Assembly (NCBI GenBank): GCA_965649265.1
Contig: CBFGKC010000015.1
Span: 1 to 64,000, forward strand
DNA from: a candidate division WOR-3 bacterium
GTDB taxonomy: Bacteria; Hydrothermota; Tepidihabitantia; B3-TA06
DNA length: 64,000 nt
Reading direction: 5' to 3'
Every line of letters starts with the position of its first letter. Position 1 is the first letter of the stretch. Below, piece after piece: positions 50,250 through 59,593 of the stretch. Under the pieces are notes generated by a model that saw only the letters and a program-made list of their open reading frames with translations, was not told where the DNA came from and did not search any database. The position numbers and the translations under genes were made by a program.

Positions 50250-51518
50250 TTAATGTTCGACTCCCTTTTTGACGTTATCCCATCCCAGAGGAAAAAGCAA
50301 GGAAAATTCAAATAAGTGATTTCCGGAAATTGGCAGTAGAGCAGGCCACCTGTATTCAAGTTGAATCGAAAATGATGGTGTGACGACAGCCCTGAGTTCG
50401 GTCTTTAAAACGGGCGATATCACGGGGTCATAGGGACCGCCAGGTAGTTCGGAACACCAGAAGAGTCCGGTTGTTATGCCTGCGCAAAGCTCCAAGCGCG
50501 GTGTGTAGAATTCATTAAAACGAAAGGCCGGCTCACCCTTACAACTGCTTCGCAAAGAGCTTAAAGGCTTGCCGAGCCATGCCATTCCGATGTGAGGAAA
50601 AAGTGCCTCGAGTGAGACGAGACCAAAATTCGAAGTAGTACCAAGTTTAAACATCTCACAGCCTAGCGTGAAGGCGATGCGGTTTCCCCAAAACCAATCA
50701 AGCCGTCCTAGGTAGAACGCCCCGAAGGGTATCTTGTGTCCGGTATTCATTCCAAACCCGACATTAACCCCAATGATATTCGCCGAGATGAGATCAGGGA
50801 GAGAGGCCTTATTCAAAGGTCTTTGTGGAGATGTCGATGAGTCTGCAGATGAGGGAACAACCGGGCGTGTAATATCGTATGCCTTCTTTACCCACTTCCC
50901 ATCTTGAAAAGCAAAATCACTGCCTAATGCGTAGCACAAAGACAAGTGCATAGAGTTTATTACCGACCATTCATCGTTAAACTCCCATTTTCCCCAAATG
51001 AAACGGTCTTCGAATGAAATCTGAACGTATCGAGTGAGAAATAGTTTCGCCTGCAATCTCACGGTTGGAGAAACGTCTTTGAGATCTCCTGTAAGGGTCG
51101 GATTTAAAGGATTAATTAAACTGATGCCGCAACCGAGATCTAATCTGGGAATGAACTTATTGCTCTCAAAGGAATCAGCGGAAGTTCCTAAATTTAGCTC
51201 TTCCGGATATCCTAAAAAGGCGGAGGCTCCCGCTTCAACCGTAAACATCTCGCAAGTGCTGAAAAAATTGAACACCCCGGCCGCTCCTGCAAATCTTAAA
51301 AACTCTAAACTTGCAGTAAAAGCCAGTGGCTTTCCCCAGTAACACCTGATTTGACCTAAAGAAAGACCTAAATCCGGAAAAAGCACACCTGTTTCATCGT
51401 ATAAATATCGGCCTTTAACCAGCCCGATGCCCGATTGAATGGTAGCGATATCAGCGGAAATGAGGTCGGGTTTCGGTATTCCCGACAAAACGAGACATGC
51501 AAAAACGAAAACGCTCAA
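50250..51518 (-). CDS. Hypothetical protein with an internal tandem duplication (putative double beta-barrel)
   Basis: TTG start with AGGAGG RBS; PDLISADI...PRLDL...SPTV recurs as PDLISANI...PRLEL...SPVL. Confidence 0.7.
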   Translation of the reverse strand: MSVFVFACLVLSGIPKPDLISADIATIQSGIGLVKGRYLYDETGVLFPDLGLSLGQIRCYWGKPLAFTASLEFLRFAGAAGVFNFFSTCEMFTVEAGASAFLGYPEELNLGTSADSFESNKFIPRLDLGCGISLINPLNPTLTGDLKDVSPTVRLQAKLFLTRYVQISFEDRFIWGKWEFNDEWSVINSMHLSLCYALGSDFAFQDGKWVKKAYDITRPVVPSSADSSTSPQRPLNKASLPDLISANIIGVNVGFGMNTGHKIPFGAFYLGRLDWFWGNRIAFTLGCEMFKLGTTSNFGLVSLEALFPHIGMAWLGKPLSSLRSSCKGEPAFRFNEFYTPRLELCAGITTGLFWCSELPGGPYDPVISPVLKTELRAVVTPSFSIQLEYRWPALLPISGNHLFEFSLLFPLGWDNVKKGVEH

Positions 51519-51560
51519 CGGTCCTCCTTTCGACCAGCAATTTCCTCAATCCTCTGATTA

Positions 51561-51576
51561 AGCAAGTTTTGTGCCA
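51561..51576 (-). promoter_or_regulatory. sigma54 (-24/-12) promoter
   Basis: Minus strand reads TGGCACAAAACTTGCT (GG-N10-GC consensus). Confidence 0.8.
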
Positions 51577-51786
51577 GACAATTTCACGCTATCTTACTTA
51601 AAATTGAGAGATAGTCGTCCTTATCTTTCGCGCGGTAATATTTTTGTGTAACACCCCCTCTCCCTGGCGAATGTAGTCGTATGGTTGCCCAGGTCTATTC
51701 CTCACGACAACCGGGCCGCGATATTTACTTGACAATTCGATTTCCTGTCACATAATCACTCAAGTCAATCGAAAAGGAGGATAGGA

Positions 51787-52662
51787 ATGCGTACAATGTC
51801 CGTAATCATCGTAACATCTATCTTAATAATAGTGTCAGTCTCTTGCACGCCGAACCAGCCGCCCACAACCCCGGTCATCGAGGTCACGGACACGACGGTT
51901 TATGCCGGCTCGGAGGTTTCCGTGACCGCCACATCGGAAGACCCGGACAATGACCAGCTTTCCTGGGCCTGGAATGCCAGTGCAGGTACTTTAAGTGCTA
52001 CGGATCAGCCGTCCGTGATATGGACGTCTCCCGATGTCGTGGATACAAGCACCTTTACACTTTCTCTTGAGGTTTCTGACGGCAAGGGCGGAAAAGCCTC
52101 CGCTGATCGGTCAATAACCGTTTTCCCTAAACCCGAGGCCGGGCTTGAGGTAACCGTCGGAGATAAGATAAAGGAAGACAGCACACTTTTCGACGGCGCA
52201 TCCTACGGTTACTACCGCAGGCAAATGCTCTATTACGGTTCTGAGATAAAAAACTCGGGAAACCTGATCAGGCTTTCGCTCATGCCTGCGATGAGCGGTA
52301 CCGGTATATTCAACAATTTTGCAATTTACATGATCGAGGTCTCACGCACCGAGTTGGTTTCGAATTTCAAAAAGAACTATGAAGGGGGGAGCCCTGAGAT
52401 TGTTTTCTATACACCTTCCCTGACTTACGAAGCGACCGCGGACTCATGGTTCGATTTCGATCTTTCGTCCCCTTTCTCCTATGATTCCACGAAGAATCTT
52501 ATGATCGAGGTCATCTGGGATCTGAACGATAATCAGGCCATTCGCAACTGGGGATTTGAAAGTTCCGGCGTTTACCGCAGCACAGGAAGCCAGTTCGACG
52601 ATTCAGAGGACGGTCTTCCGTCGGAAGTATTACCTTACATTAAGCTGATCTTTGAAAAGTAA
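51787..52662 (+). CDS. Lipoprotein with PKD/Ig-like domain
   Basis: SVS|C; NQPP, DPDNDQLSWAW, VSDGKGG. Confidence 0.8.
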   Translation: MRTMSVIIVTSILIIVSVSCTPNQPPTTPVIEVTDTTVYAGSEVSVTATSEDPDNDQLSWAWNASAGTLSATDQPSVIWTSPDVVDTSTFTLSLEVSDGKGGKASADRSITVFPKPEAGLEVTVGDKIKEDSTLFDGASYGYYRRQMLYYGSEIKNSGNLIRLSLMPAMSGTGIFNNFAIYMIEVSRTELVSNFKKNYEGGSPEIVFYTPSLTYEATADSWFDFDLSSPFSYDSTKNLMIEVIWDLNDNQAIRNWGFESSGVYRSTGSQFDDSEDGLPSEVLPYIKLIFEK

Positions 52663-52788
52663 TCTTTTAAGTCCCAATTAGTGCTTCAGAGCTTGACAGG
52701 GGTAAAATTTGGACTAAATTTATATAGGGTGGATGGGTAATAAACCATCTACCCTAAGAAAACATAGATAAGGCAGTTAGGAGGCGGT

Positions 52789-53238
52789 ATGCGTAATAAA
52801 ACACTTCCCATTACAGGAGCAATGGTTTCTCTTGCAGTACTTTTGAGTTGCGGCAGTGGTGTAATAGCCGTAGTTGAATCTCCAAAGGACTACAAGGTAA
52901 TAACATCAGAAAATTATAAGCTCATCCTGACCTACCACTTTACCGAAGACGTGAAGCCAAGCTCGGTCATTCTCAATACCACCTTTTTCGTAAGTACGGA
53001 TAAGGTTGACACCGTTGCCGGAAGCCTGACCCTAACGGACAGCCGGACGCTGAGATTCGTTTCCAAGTTGTCCCTGAAGGACATTTTGCCTCCGGGCGGC
53101 GGCAAGATCAGGGTCAGGATGGTTGGCTCGTCACCCTTCAAGGAATGGGTATCGGATATGGAAGGAAATCCTATCGACGGCGATAATCGCGGGGATTACG
53201 GCGGAGATTACAGAGCAGAGTACGATTACAAGCTGTAA
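52789..53238 (+). CDS. Hypothetical Ig-like lipoprotein
   Basis: LLS|C lipobox; D..GNPIDGD motif. Confidence 0.75.
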   Translation: MRNKTLPITGAMVSLAVLLSCGSGVIAVVESPKDYKVITSENYKLILTYHFTEDVKPSSVILNTTFFVSTDKVDTVAGSLTLTDSRTLRFVSKLSLKDILPPGGGKIRVRMVGSSPFKEWVSDMEGNPIDGDNRGDYGGDYRAEYDYKL

Positions 53239-53390
53239 TCATTGCTAACAGTTTCCGGTTGGGGGATTAAAGAAGTCAAGGTAGAGTCTAAGTAGTAATT
53301 TTTTCGTGAGTGTTCGTTGACAAGCTCTGGAGCCTGGGTAAACTTCCCACTTTAGCAAGCACAAGCGATTACGTATTTGGAGGAAGCAGA

Positions 53391-55508
53391 ATGGAACTTT
53401 TGTTCTTGAGCGCCCCGATAGGGGCTGCCATAGCGTTAGGCTTTGCAGGATTCCTGGTTGCCAGCATCCTGCGTCGCAAGGAAGGGACCCCTGCAATGGT
53501 AGGTATTGCCCAGGCCGTTCGCCAGGGAGCCTCGGCATATATCAAACGTCAGTACGCGGTGGTTACAATATTCTTTGGATTGATCTTTATAATCCTTGCC
53601 CTTCTGGCATTCGTTTTCAAGCTCTTGCCGGCCCCTGTACCCTTCGCATTCCTCACGGGAGGATTCTTCTCCGGTCTTTCCGGATTCCTCGGACTCAAGG
53701 TGGCGACGGCTTCTTCTGCACGAACGGCTAACGCGGCGCAGGAAAGCCTTAACTCCGGTCTGCGTGTTGCTTTCAGTTCAGGTATGTTCATGGGGCTTAT
53801 GGTCGTTGGGCTTGCACTCCTGGATATTTCCATCTGGTACGTCATCCTGAACAAATTATATGCAGCAAAACCCCTTGAGGACCGCTTACCCATTATAACC
53901 TCAACAATGATTAATTTCGGCATGGGTGCGAGCTTCCAGGCGCTATTCGCTCGCGTAGGGGGAGGAATATTCACTAAGGCCGCAGACGTCGGTGCCGACC
54001 TGGTAGGTAAAGTGGAAGCGGGAATTCCCGAAGACGATCCTCGAAATCCTGCCGTAATAGCGGATAACGTGGGCGACAACGTAGGTGACGTAGGAGGAAT
54101 GGGTGCGGACCTTTATGAATCCTATGCGGACTCCATAATCGCCACTATGGCGCTTGCGACCGCCGCCACATCGGCGCTAGCCGGATCCGTGAAGGCCGAC
54201 ATGAGCATTCGCATGGTTCTCTTGCCGATCGTCATCTCCGGAGTGGGTCTGCTTGCTTCCATCATCTCGTTCTTCTTCGTGAGGGCAGGCGAGAAGGCTA
54301 AACAGAGCGTTCTTCTCTGGGCGCTGCGCAGGGGTGTCTGGGGGGCCTCCTTGCTCACCGCGGTGGGTGCATTTTTCGTCTGCCGTTTCGTCCTGGGCAT
54401 GGCTGGAGACGGAATCTACCTGGCGATTCTTTCTGGTCTTGTTGCAGGTGTAATAGTAGGCTTCCTGACGGAGTTTTTCACCTCCGACAGCTACAAGCCC
54501 ACTCGAGGCATCGCAAAAGCAGCCGAGACCGGCCCTGCGACCGTGATCATCGAAGGGCTATCCGTAGGCATGCTCTCAACAACCCTTCCCATAATCGTAG
54601 TTGCCGCAGCCGTCCTGGGTGCGTTCTACTTCTCGGGCGGTGCCGCGGATTTTAATAGAGGGCTTTACGGTGTCAGCATCGCCGCAGTCGGAATGCTTGC
54701 AACGCTCGGGATAACCCTTGCAACTGATTCGTACGGGCCGGTGGCCGACAACGCCGGCGGCAACGCGCAGATGTCAGGACTTCCACCCGAGGTGCGCGAG
54801 CGAACGGATGCGCTGGATTCCCTCGGTAACACGACGGCGGCAACAGGCAAGGGTTTCGCGATAGGTTCGGCAGCGCTTACCGCGCTCGCTCTTGTCGTCG
54901 CGTACAGAGATGAGATAATTCTCAAGGGAGCCACCCTTGATCTTACGCTCACCAACCCCCGCCTCCTCGTCGGTATCTTTATTGGTGCCATGCTCGTGTT
55001 CCTTATCTGTGCCCTCATAATGCGCGCCATAGGCCGTGCCGCTCAGTCAATCGTCAAGGATGTTCGCGACCAGTTTGCCAAAAACAAGGGCATAATGGAA
55101 GGCACCGTAAAACCGGATTACGCTCAGACCGTCAGAACTTGTACCGCTGCGGCCCAAACGGAGATGATTGTCCCTGCACTCTCGGCGATCGCCGCGCCGG
55201 TAATCGTAGGAATCGTGCTCGGTCTTGAGGGGTCAGTCGGCCTTCTCGTCGGTGCGATAACGACCGGGTTTGCCATGGCCATTTTCATGGCCAATTCCGG
55301 TGGAGCATGGGACAACGCCAAGAAGCACATCGAGGCCGGGAATTACGGAGGCAAAGGCTCATATGCTCACAAGGCCGGGGTTGTCGGCGACACCGTGGGC
55401 GATCCTTTTAAGGATGCCGCCGGACCAGCCTTGAATATTCTCATAAAACTCATGTCCATGGTATCTATCGTCTTCCTGGGCGTGGTGCTCTCCCTGAAAC
55501 TATTTTGA
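53391..55508 (+). CDS. hppA: Membrane pyrophosphatase, K+-dependent, probably Na+-translocating
   Basis: GGIFTKAADVGADLVGKVE, DNVGDNVGD, DLYESY, GNTTAA (Ala determinant of K+ dependence), GDTVGDPFKD. Confidence 0.95.
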   Translation: MELLFLSAPIGAAIALGFAGFLVASILRRKEGTPAMVGIAQAVRQGASAYIKRQYAVVTIFFGLIFIILALLAFVFKLLPAPVPFAFLTGGFFSGLSGFLGLKVATASSARTANAAQESLNSGLRVAFSSGMFMGLMVVGLALLDISIWYVILNKLYAAKPLEDRLPIITSTMINFGMGASFQALFARVGGGIFTKAADVGADLVGKVEAGIPEDDPRNPAVIADNVGDNVGDVGGMGADLYESYADSIIATMALATAATSALAGSVKADMSIRMVLLPIVISGVGLLASIISFFFVRAGEKAKQSVLLWALRRGVWGASLLTAVGAFFVCRFVLGMAGDGIYLAILSGLVAGVIVGFLTEFFTSDSYKPTRGIAKAAETGPATVIIEGLSVGMLSTTLPIIVVAAAVLGAFYFSGGAADFNRGLYGVSIAAVGMLATLGITLATDSYGPVADNAGGNAQMSGLPPEVRERTDALDSLGNTTAATGKGFAIGSAALTALALVVAYRDEIILKGATLDLTLTNPRLLVGIFIGAMLVFLICALIMRAIGRAAQSIVKDVRDQFAKNKGIMEGTVKPDYAQTVRTCTAAAQTEMIVPALSAIAAPVIVGIVLGLEGSVGLLVGAITTGFAMAIFMANSGGAWDNAKKHIEAGNYGGKGSYAHKAGVVGDTVGDPFKDAAGPALNILIKLMSMVSIVFLGVVLSLKLF

Positions 55509-55514
55509 AAAATA

Positions 55515-55552
55515 CTCCACAGCCGGACTGTCATCGAAGTCCGGCTGTGGAG
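55515..55552 (+). terminator. Hairpin after hppA
   Basis: CTCCACAGCCGGACT-loop-AGTCCGGCTGTGGAG. Confidence 0.7.
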
Positions 55553-55730
55553 ACTACTTTCCAAAACAAGAATTTTCCTTTAAAATCATCTTGGTCGGTG
55601 CTTACGTTGTCCAGGATTTGAATAGGTAAGACAATATCCGGTTATCTTTTTAGATAAAAGCGTACTGTTCTCATACAACCCCTCGATAGTTAAGTTCGAA
55701 AAAAAGGTGATTTAATGTCCCCAGGCAACC

Positions 55731-55746
55731 TGGCATCCAAATTGCT
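55731..55746 (+). promoter_or_regulatory. sigma54 (-24/-12) promoter
   Basis: TGGCATCCAAATTGCT (GG-N10-GC), 25 nt before a small ORF. Confidence 0.7.
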
Positions 55747-55771
55747 AGTCTAATAAGTAAGGAGTAAGAAC

Positions 55772-55885
55772 ATGGAACTCAAATTGGACTCAAAGGAAAA
55801 GGAAGTACTGAAGAGGGAGTTAATCCAGAAGCTTGAAGCCACTATCCGCACGGCCCAGACCGCGGATGCGGCTCAAGGTTACTAA
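55772..55885 (+). CDS. 37-aa small protein/peptide (not in the ORF track)
   Basis: AAGGAG RBS; MELKLDSKEKEVLKRELIQKLEATIRTAQTADAAQGY; promoter upstream and hairpin downstream. Confidence 0.7.
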   Translation: MELKLDSKEKEVLKRELIQKLEATIRTAQTADAAQGY

Positions 55886-55919
55886 GAGATTCTTAACTTT
55901 CAATGCCTCCTCAAGAAGA

Positions 55920-55956
55920 GGGCGGCTTCCAGACGAGGAAGCCGCCCCCCCTTTTT
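55920..55956. terminator. Terminator between the small ORF and the OmpA fusion gene
   Basis: GGGCGGCTTCC-AGACGA-GGAAGCCGCCC...TTTTT. Confidence 0.75.
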
Positions 55957-56001
55957 AGAAGTCAACTTACACTCAATTTCTTCCCACTCATCCTGACCAG
56001 G

Positions 56002-57498
56002 TTATTTAGGTATTGATATCTCTACACGACGATTCTTCCCGCGCTCGTCGGGATTGGCATTATCAGCCAGTGGTTTCGTGTCGCCGAGGCCCTTGGCAGT
56101 GATGTTCGCTGAAGGAAGCGCCTCAACTTCCACAAGGTAACGTTTTATAATCTCCGCCCGTGCGGTAGTCAGCGCTCTTGAATCCCGGAACTTATCCTTT
56201 GCTTCCTCAGGGATCGGGGTATCGTCCGTGTGGACCTCTATAAGTATCTTTCTGCCCGGGTAGTTGGAAAGTATTGATGCGATGTTTGTCAGCACCTTGT
56301 AACCCTGTGGGAAAGGTATATCCGCAGACAGCGAATCGAATTTCAGGGCTTCTTCGGTCAATGTTATGACGATTGCCTTTTCGTTCTCAGTTATTTCAAT
56401 GCCCCTCATGCGGCCCACGGCATCCAGTTTTTCCCTGCGGATGCGCTCGATATCCTTGCGCTCGCGTTCGAGGGTTGCGCGCTCCGCCTTAATAGTTTCG
56501 AGCTCGCTGCGCAGCCTGTCGCGTTCTCTTGCCAGGGCTTCTTCCCTCAGACGTCTTGCACGTTCCGTCTGGTCGGCAAGGATGCTGTCCTTTTCGTCAT
56601 TTCTTGCGTCACCTATGAGAACGCGTAACGAAAGCTCGTGTAGCATCCTGGTGGAGTCACCGGCCATATGGTTCAGAGCCGCGCCGTAATGAAGCTCGAA
56701 ATCGGTTTTCTCCATCCTGTGCGTACGAAGCGTCAGGCCGAACGTGGGGGAGAAGGGTAAAGAATCACCGGGTGAGTATAGCCCCCCTAACCTGAATCCG
56801 ACGTGGTCTTTCAGAAGAAATAACTCGCAGCCGGCACGAATCTTAAACGAGTTGTCCGGCAGCCTCAGGGCAAAATCGGACGCAAGAAGAGCACTAGAGA
56901 TTACGGAGGTTCGTTTGAATTTGGGTTCCCAGGCAGCGCTGGCATGGAGCAAGGGCGAAGCCGGTGTGCCGAACCATATCTCGTCACCTGCAAGGCCGAG
57001 GGTGAGACCCTTTACACTCGAGAAAGACGCTCCCAGGGAAAAGAAAGGCCCTTCGCTGAATCTTTCGCTGAATGGTTCAATTCCCGGCATCGTTGTGTCT
57101 CTCCATGTGCTGTGGGTGCCAAGGGATCCGCCTATGTTGAAATATCTGCCTAACGGGAAGGCGGCGAAAAATCTGGCATCCGCATCACCACTTCCGCTGT
57201 CATTTGTCCCCGGTATGTTGTAGAAGAACAGCGTGCCGCCGACGCTTCCCAATTTCGTGACAGGCTGAATGTAACTTGCCGACCAGTACAAGCGCTCGCC
57301 AAAGTAGGGTGCCAGGGACAGGGAGAGTTCGGTTCTCTTCGTACGGGCGGGGAGAGATGGATTAGCAATCGAAGAAAACCCGTCGTCCTTAAGTGACGCA
57401 TAATCTCCGCCTAGCCCGAGTGAGCGTGCCGAAAAGGAAACGTCTTCAAAAGCGTATAAACTCGATACCAAAAAAATAAAAACCAGAAGGCGTTTCAT
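56002..57498 (-). CDS. PorV/FadL-like beta-barrel + coiled coil + OmpA/MotB-like peptidoglycan-binding domain
   Basis: SARSLGLGG...ANPS N-terminal motif; charged heptad region; HTDD, LTTARA, GLGDTKPLADN, NRRVEI. Confidence 0.75.
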   Translation of the reverse strand: MKRLLVFIFLVSSLYAFEDVSFSARSLGLGGDYASLKDDGFSSIANPSLPARTKRTELSLSLAPYFGERLYWSASYIQPVTKLGSVGGTLFFYNIPGTNDSGSGDADARFFAAFPLGRYFNIGGSLGTHSTWRDTTMPGIEPFSERFSEGPFFSLGASFSSVKGLTLGLAGDEIWFGTPASPLLHASAAWEPKFKRTSVISSALLASDFALRLPDNSFKIRAGCELFLLKDHVGFRLGGLYSPGDSLPFSPTFGLTLRTHRMEKTDFELHYGAALNHMAGDSTRMLHELSLRVLIGDARNDEKDSILADQTERARRLREEALARERDRLRSELETIKAERATLERERKDIERIRREKLDAVGRMRGIEITENEKAIVITLTEEALKFDSLSADIPFPQGYKVLTNIASILSNYPGRKILIEVHTDDTPIPEEAKDKFRDSRALTTARAEIIKRYLVEVEALPSANITAKGLGDTKPLADNANPDERGKNRRVEISIPK

Positions 57499-57693
57499 AT
57501 TCATAAACCTCCGAATTGAATAATTACGAAACAAAGAATAGCCAACATGGGATGAAAGTCAAATGAATTAATCTTGAGGCTTGAAAATGGAACTATAGGA
57601 CATATCACAATACTTGACAAAACGTTAAGTCTGCCTAGAATCATTCTCGATAAGGAATATAGAAAAAACTCCAGTCCGGAGGAGGACGTTAAC

Positions 57694-58791
57694 GTGTCTT
57701 TTTCTGATTCTCTCAAAAAAAGGATGAAGGGAAAAAGCAGAGAGATCTTTCCTGCCTTTGGAGGCCTATTAATTCCGATTTTTTTTCTGTGGGGCCTTTT
57801 AGCGCCCGCTCGCGCATTTACGATACTTCCATCAGGGCATCTCACCACGTCGGTCAGCTTGAATCAAACGTATTTCGACTTCAGCCGTTACAACCTGAAC
57901 GCGGCCGGGCTTATTGAGCTTGCGCCCAGCGTTCATGCGGCGATAGGCCTCGATTACCAGCCCGGTGAGCCCATCTCGCCTATTGCGTGGATAGATTACT
58001 CGTTTCTGGGGTCGTTCCGCATTCAGGCCGGTAGATTTCCAATTCCCTTCGGTGTATTCAACGAGCTTGGAGATCCCGCGAATAACTACCTCGTTACCAT
58101 ACCCGAGATATGCACGGATGCTATTCCTACACCCTGGCTGGACTGGGGGGCGCGCGTCCAGTGGATGCAGTCCTTGACGGATAAGGAGACCTTCAGTGCC
58201 ACTTTCTACATCTCGAACGGCCTGGGATACGGAACTGACATGAGAGACAGCCGGCAGCTGAGCGACAATAACAGCTCAAACGCAATCGGCGCGCGCATAA
58301 GTCTTGTTTCGACAAGAGCAGGCGAATTCGGTGCGTCCGGTTATTTCGGCGCAAGGGATACGGCCGCTCTTCAGAACCTTGGGCTTTTCGGGCTGGACGC
58401 CTCGACAAAAATCTGGCTTGTGGAACTCTCAGGTGAATACGTTGCCGGCCTCTTGAGCTTCTCCAAAGGCGCTTTTGACGCCATATATCTGGGAATAGAT
58501 CACCTGGTCGACAATTCCTCCGGTGGGTATCAGAGCTGGACATGCGGTGCCTATCTTGAAGCCGCATTCCATGCATCTGATTTTCTCGTTCCCTCGATAA
58601 GAGCTGATATCCTTGGCTACGAAGACATTTCGTCAAAAACCCGCATTTCAAGGCAGCGAATTGCCGTGGGTGCCGCGTGTTATCCTGTTGATCCTCTGGT
58701 TATAAAATTCGAATTCGGTGTTCTGAACGACAAGTATACCGAAGGGGTAAAGCTTGAACCGATTAATCTGCAACTCGGTGTCAGTTTCTAG
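57694..58791 (+). CDS. Porin-like outer-membrane protein
   Basis: GTG after GGAGGAGG; QAGRFPIPFG, NG.G...DNN motifs of OprO/P-like porins; terminal Phe. Confidence 0.7.
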   Translation: MSFSDSLKKRMKGKSREIFPAFGGLLIPIFFLWGLLAPARAFTILPSGHLTTSVSLNQTYFDFSRYNLNAAGLIELAPSVHAAIGLDYQPGEPISPIAWIDYSFLGSFRIQAGRFPIPFGVFNELGDPANNYLVTIPEICTDAIPTPWLDWGARVQWMQSLTDKETFSATFYISNGLGYGTDMRDSRQLSDNNSSNAIGARISLVSTRAGEFGASGYFGARDTAALQNLGLFGLDASTKIWLVELSGEYVAGLLSFSKGAFDAIYLGIDHLVDNSSGGYQSWTCGAYLEAAFHASDFLVPSIRADILGYEDISSKTRISRQRIAVGAACYPVDPLVIKFEFGVLNDKYTEGVKLEPINLQLGVSF

Positions 58792-59593
58792 AATAACTCT
58801 CATATTGGGAGTACTAGCTTTTTTGGCCAACTACGGGTATGGCAAATGCAAAGTCAGAATCGAGGAGTTTAACCTGGTCGGATCACCAGGTATAATAATC
58901 TCGCCTGCGGACGTTACCAAACTGCTCTGGAGACCCCTTGGATTCCCCAGACCGTATGAGATTTACGTAGGAGAAACTGAATTGCCGGATGATTCCTTTG
59001 ACCTTAAGGTTTCAGGAAATTGTATCCTGGAAAGGGAGAATTATTTCAAGCTCGATTGGATAGTCCAGAGAACGAACATAACATATCAGCGGCAGTTTTC
59101 CTTCGAGGGGGAGGACCTTAAGCTTGTTCGCGGTGCGCTTTTTTCATCCCTCGATTCTCTGACGGCACCGCTCGTTATCACAACGGATCCAGATTCATCC
59201 GGAATCATCATTGACGGCATCTACAGGGGGGAGGGTCCCTTGAATCTCGACGCGTTCAGCACCGGCTGGCACTCGCTGGAAGCAAAGAGCCCGAGCGGAC
59301 TTGAGATTTCCGACTCCTTTCTTCTTACTCGTGACTCGACGAACTTCCATTACACGCTGGTCAAGACCGACACCGAAGCATACTCCTACGTTCGGCTGGT
59401 TACCCCGCCCGAATGCGAGTTATACCAGGGGCTCGCTCGGAAAAGCCCTTTAAAAGGTGATCTCTACAGATTTTCTCCGGGGGAGATAGAATTCCAACTC
59501 GTGAGCAGGCAATACGGAATTCGTGATCTTCGCTTGTTACTTGAGCCGGGTGATACAGCCGAAGTAGGCTTCTTTAATCACAAGAAAAAATGA
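58754..59593 (+). CDS. Exported PEGA-domain protein (start uncertain)
   Basis: LVITTDPDSSGIIIDGIYRGEGPL...G.H PEGA pattern. Confidence 0.65.
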   Translation: MNRLICNSVSVSRITLILGVLAFLANYGYGKCKVRIEEFNLVGSPGIIISPADVTKLLWRPLGFPRPYEIYVGETELPDDSFDLKVSGNCILERENYFKLDWIVQRTNITYQRQFSFEGEDLKLVRGALFSSLDSLTAPLVITTDPDSSGIIIDGIYRGEGPLNLDAFSTGWHSLEAKSPSGLEISDSFLLTRDSTNFHYTLVKTDTEAYSYVRLVTPPECELYQGLARKSPLKGDLYRFSPGEIEFQLVSRQYGIRDLRLLLEPGDTAEVGFFNHKKK

